Positions 31,602 to 34,383 of a stretch of 34,383 nt of DNA are shown in pieces. The DNA is taken from positions 1-34,383 of the forward strand of contig JAZNTC010000182.1 in NCBI GenBank assembly GCA_045591605.1, in the 5' to 3' direction. Below the pieces are notes generated by a model, which was given only the letters and a program-made list of their open reading frames with translations, did not search any database and was not told where the DNA came from. How positions within the stretch are numbered: the stretch's first letter is position 1; every line of letters starts with the position of its first letter. Source of the DNA: Acutalibacteraceae bacterium. GTDB taxonomy: Bacteria; Bacillota; Clostridia; Oscillospirales; Acutalibacteraceae. The position numbers and the translations under genes were made by a program.

Positions 31602-33476
31602 ATGGCAAAAACGAGTGCGTTGCATCGTGGCGGCGCGGTGCAAAGGACAATTCATATTGCGGTTTTGGACATTCTTTCGGTCGTGGCCTGCTGGTTTGCC
31701 GCCTTGTGGTTGCGATTTGATTTTCAGTTCAGCAACATTCCTTCGGAATACATCCACGCCTATGCCGTGGGCGTTCTTCCGTGGTGTGCGGTGGTGGTGG
31801 CGGTGTTTGCGGTCTGCCGTATGTACAGTGGTTTGCTCAGCTATGCCGGCGCAGACGATCTGTTGCGTGTGCTGGGTGCCTATGCCATCTTGACGGTCGT
31901 GGGGTATTTTTTTGTTCGCGTGACGGACGTTGTGTTGCCCTACGCGTGTTACATAATCGGGTTGATGCTCAACTTCCTCCTGACCCTCGCCATTCGCTTT
32001 GCCTACCGTTTGGTGCGCAGTATGCGCATGTGGGTGCAGAATTGGAATGTGGATAAAAACTGTGAAAACGTGATGCTGATCGGCGCAGGTGAGGCAGGAC
32101 GTATGCTTGCCGCCGAATTTTTGAACAGCCGCCATTTGCACGATACGGTGGTGTGTGCCATCGACGATAACCTTGCCAAACGCGGCAAACGACTGTGCGG
32201 TGTTCCGATCGTGGGCGACCGTCATTGCATTCCCGAAGCGGTGAAGGAATATAATGTGGATAAGATCGTGTTTGCCATCCCCACCGCCCCCCCGCAAGAG
32301 CGCAAAGAGATCTTGGATATTTGCGCCACCACGGGTTGTCCCGTGCAAACCGTGCCCGGCATTTATCAACTGGCAGGCGGCGATGTCAGCGTCAGCCAAC
32401 TGCGTGACGTGGATATGGTGGAATTGTTGGGGCGCGATCCGATCCGCGGCAACGAGGAAGAAATACGGGGGTACATTAGGGGAAAGGTCGTTATGGTCAC
32501 GGGCGGCGGCGGATCCATCGGCAGCGAACTGTGCCGACAGATCGCGGCGGCGGACCCGAAGCAACTGATTGTTTTCGATATTTACGAAAACAGCGCCTAT
32601 GAACTCCAATTGGAATTGCAACGGAACTATCCCACATTGGATCTGGTGGCGCTGATCGGTTCGGTGCGCAACACGGCGCGTGTTAACGCGGTGATGGACA
32701 CATACAGGCCCGACATCGTGTTTCACGCGGCAGCGCACAAGCACGTGCCGTTGATGGAGCAAAGCCCGAACGAAGCCATTAAAAACAACGTGTTCGGAAC
32801 GTATAAACTGGCGAAGGCGGCGGACGCACACGGGGTGAAACGCTTTGTGCTCATCTCCACCGATAAAGCGGTGAACCCCACCAACATTATGGGCGCATCC
32901 AAACGGCTGTGCGAAATGGTGGTGCAGATGATGAACCGCGAAAGCGCCACAGAGTTTGCCGCCGTGCGGTTCGGCAACGTGCTGGGCAGTAACGGCAGTG
33001 TGATTCCGCTGTTCAAAAAGCAAATTACGGCAGGCGGCCCCGTCACCGTTACCCACCCCGACATCGTGCGGTATTTTATGACCATCCCTGAAGCGGTATC
33101 GTTGGTGTTGCAAGCGGGACATTATGCGCGCGGCGGCGAGATCTTTGTGCTGGATATGGGCGAACCCGTGAAGATTGATACAATGGCGCGTAACTTGATC
33201 CGCTTGTCGGGATATGAACCGGATGTGGATATTCGCGTGGAATACACGGGTCTGCGCCCCGGAGAAAAGTTATATGAAGAGATATTGATGACGGAAGAGG
33301 GGCTGAAAAGCACCGCCAACCGCCTCATACACATTGGACACCCCATTGAGATGGATGACGAACAATTCAAAGCGCAGTTGGACGAGTTGGAACAAGCGTG
33401 TTTGCAAGAAAGCAGCGATGTGAAACGGTTGGTGGCACAGATGGTGCCCACCTACACACCCGACACCACCGATTGA
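31602..33476 (+). CDS. Membrane-anchored CapD/PglF/WbpM-type nucleotide-sugar 4,6-dehydratase
   Basis: Four N-terminal TM helices, VMVTGGGGSIGSEL Rossmann motif, STDKAVNPTNIMGASKR catalytic region. The ATG at 31602 (MAKTSAL) is preferred over the GTG at 31548. Confidence 0.85.
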   Translation: MAKTSALHRGGAVQRTIHIAVLDILSVVACWFAALWLRFDFQFSNIPSEYIHAYAVGVLPWCAVVVAVFAVCRMYSGLLSYAGADDLLRVLGAYAILTVVGYFFVRVTDVVLPYACYIIGLMLNFLLTLAIRFAYRLVRSMRMWVQNWNVDKNCENVMLIGAGEAGRMLAAEFLNSRHLHDTVVCAIDDNLAKRGKRLCGVPIVGDRHCIPEAVKEYNVDKIVFAIPTAPPQERKEILDICATTGCPVQTVPGIYQLAGGDVSVSQLRDVDMVELLGRDPIRGNEEEIRGYIRGKVVMVTGGGGSIGSELCRQIAAADPKQLIVFDIYENSAYELQLELQRNYPTLDLVALIGSVRNTARVNAVMDTYRPDIVFHAAAHKHVPLMEQSPNEAIKNNVFGTYKLAKAADAHGVKRFVLISTDKAVNPTNIMGASKRLCEMVVQMMNRESATEFAAVRFGNVLGSNGSVIPLFKKQITAGGPVTVTHPDIVRYFMTIPEAVSLVLQAGHYARGGEIFVLDMGEPVKIDTMARNLIRLSGYEPDVDIRVEYTGLRPGEKLYEEILMTEEGLKSTANRLIHIGHPIEMDDEQFKAQLDELEQACLQESSDVKRLVAQMVPTYTPDTTD

Positions 33477-33508
33477 TGCAGTTGATTATGGAAAGGAACT
33501 GTTGCCGA

Positions 33509-34383
33509 ATGATGACGATTTCGTTTTCGCCGCCCGACATTACCGAAGCGGAGATCAACGAGGTAGCCGACGCACTGCGTTCGGGCTGGATCACCACGGG
33601 TCCCAAGACCAAAGAGTTGGAACGCTTGGTGGCAGAGATGTGCGGCACGGCGCGTGCGGTGTGCCTGAACTCGCAAACCGCGTGTGCGGAACTGGTGCTC
33701 CGTTTGCTTGGCATCGGCGAAGGGGACGAGGTGATCGTGCCTGCCTACACCTACACCGCCTCGGCATCGGTCGTGTGCCACGTGGGCGCACGTGTGGTGC
33801 TGGTGGATACCCAAAAGGATTCGCTCGAGATGGATTACGATGCGGTGGCGGCGGCGGTGAACGAGCGCACCAAAGCCATCATTGCGGTGGATATCGGCGG
33901 TGTGCCGTGCGATTACGACCGCTTGTATACCATTGCGGAGCAGAAGAAAGCGCTGTTCACCCCCAACGGACGTATGCAGGAAGCGTTGGGTCGCTTGGCG
34001 GTGATGGCGGATACCGCCCATTCGCTGGGAGCCACCCGTCACGGGGTGCCCACCGGTCGCTTAGCGGATTTCTCTTCTTTCTCCTTCCATGCGGTGAAAA
34101 ACCTCACCACGGCGGAGGGCGGTGCGCTCACGTGGCGTCCTGTTCCCGGTGTGTCAGATGAGGAGATTTATCACCAGATGCAACTGTTTTCCCTGCACGG
34201 GCAGTCGAAAGATGCGTTGGCAAAAACCCAGCTTGGTGCGTGGGAATACGACATTGTGGGCACGTGGTACAAGTGCAACATGACCGACGTGGCGGCAGCC
34301 ATCGGCTTGGGGCAGATCCGCCGCTATCCGGCGATGTTGGCGCGTCGCCGTGCCATTGTGGAAGCCTACGATGCGGCGTTCGT
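33509..34383 (+). CDS. DegT/DnrJ/EryC1-family PLP-dependent sugar aminotransferase (3' end outside the window)
   Basis: Hand translation of the open frame: MMTISFSPPDITEAEINEVADALRSGWITTGPKTKELE... and ...SSFSFHAVKNLTTAEGG (PLP-lysine motif). Absent from the ORF track because no stop codon lies inside the window. Confidence 0.8.
   Translation, partial: MMTISFSPPDITEAEINEVADALRSGWITTGPKTKELERLVAEMCGTARAVCLNSQTACAELVLRLLGIGEGDEVIVPAYTYTASASVVCHVGARVVLVDTQKDSLEMDYDAVAAAVNERTKAIIAVDIGGVPCDYDRLYTIAEQKKALFTPNGRMQEALGRLAVMADTAHSLGATRHGVPTGRLADFSSFSFHAVKNLTTAEGGALTWRPVPGVSDEEIYHQMQLFSLHGQSKDALAKTQLGAWEYDIVGTWYKCNMTDVAAAIGLGQIRRYPAMLARRRAIVEAYDAAF

Noticed and set aside
33502-34161. 219-aa + strand ORF at the right edge of the window.
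   Set aside because: It is in the wrong frame. The frame opening at ATG 33509 gives a clean DegT-type aminotransferase, including the SFHAVKN PLP-lysine motif, and stays open to the window end.
1-34383. Searched for CRISPR arrays, tRNA/rRNA genes, IS elements, integrases, prophage or toxin-antitoxin/defence gene pairs.
   Set aside because: There are no regularly spaced direct repeats, no cloverleaf-like or rRNA-like segments, and no ORF with transposase, recombinase, nuclease or NTPase defence-type motifs. The only repeats are the short hairpin elements reported above.

Overview
GC-rich chromosomal segment with Firmicutes/Clostridia-type content: strong AGGAGG ribosome-binding sites, split transketolase, DegV, a MecA-like adaptor, a UPF0735(ACT)-hom-lysC operon and a YfhO/CsbB pair. 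I call 30 protein-coding genes plus one nested in-frame start. I see no rRNA, tRNA, CRISPR array, transposase, integrase or phage genes. Most genes are housekeeping (folD, lgt, an M16B peptidase pair, a MarR plus heterodimeric ABC exporter, hom/lysC, an RsmB/F-type methyltransferase, tkt, tadA, rpe) or envelope glycosylation (GT4, YfhO, GT2, PAP2, CapD-like dehydratase, DegT-like aminotransferase). The best candidate for an undescribed system is a tightly coupled four-gene Rnf-derived operon at 20623-24085 (RnfC-like, RnfD, RnfE-like, RnfA-like). It lacks rnfG and rnfB. The C subunit has lost the flavin/NADH glycine loop, and the E/A-like subunits keep only one of the four cysteine positions expected in canonical Rnf/Nqr. 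Other points worth a second look: a 439-bp intergenic cluster of at least ten GC-rich stem-loops, many with GNRA loops on the + strand; a 29-nt perfect duplication of a terminator hairpin; and a 39-nt dispersed hairpin repeat whose two copies differ by a compensatory base-pair change. Also notable are a strongly promoted single-cohesin membrane protein with atypical codon choice, a leaderless DUF11 protein with a perfect palindrome at its transcription start, and a strongly SD-driven 14-codon uORF overlapping the MecA-like gene start. All calls rest on reading the ORF translations and the DNA by eye. No database search was run, and start codons are predictions.
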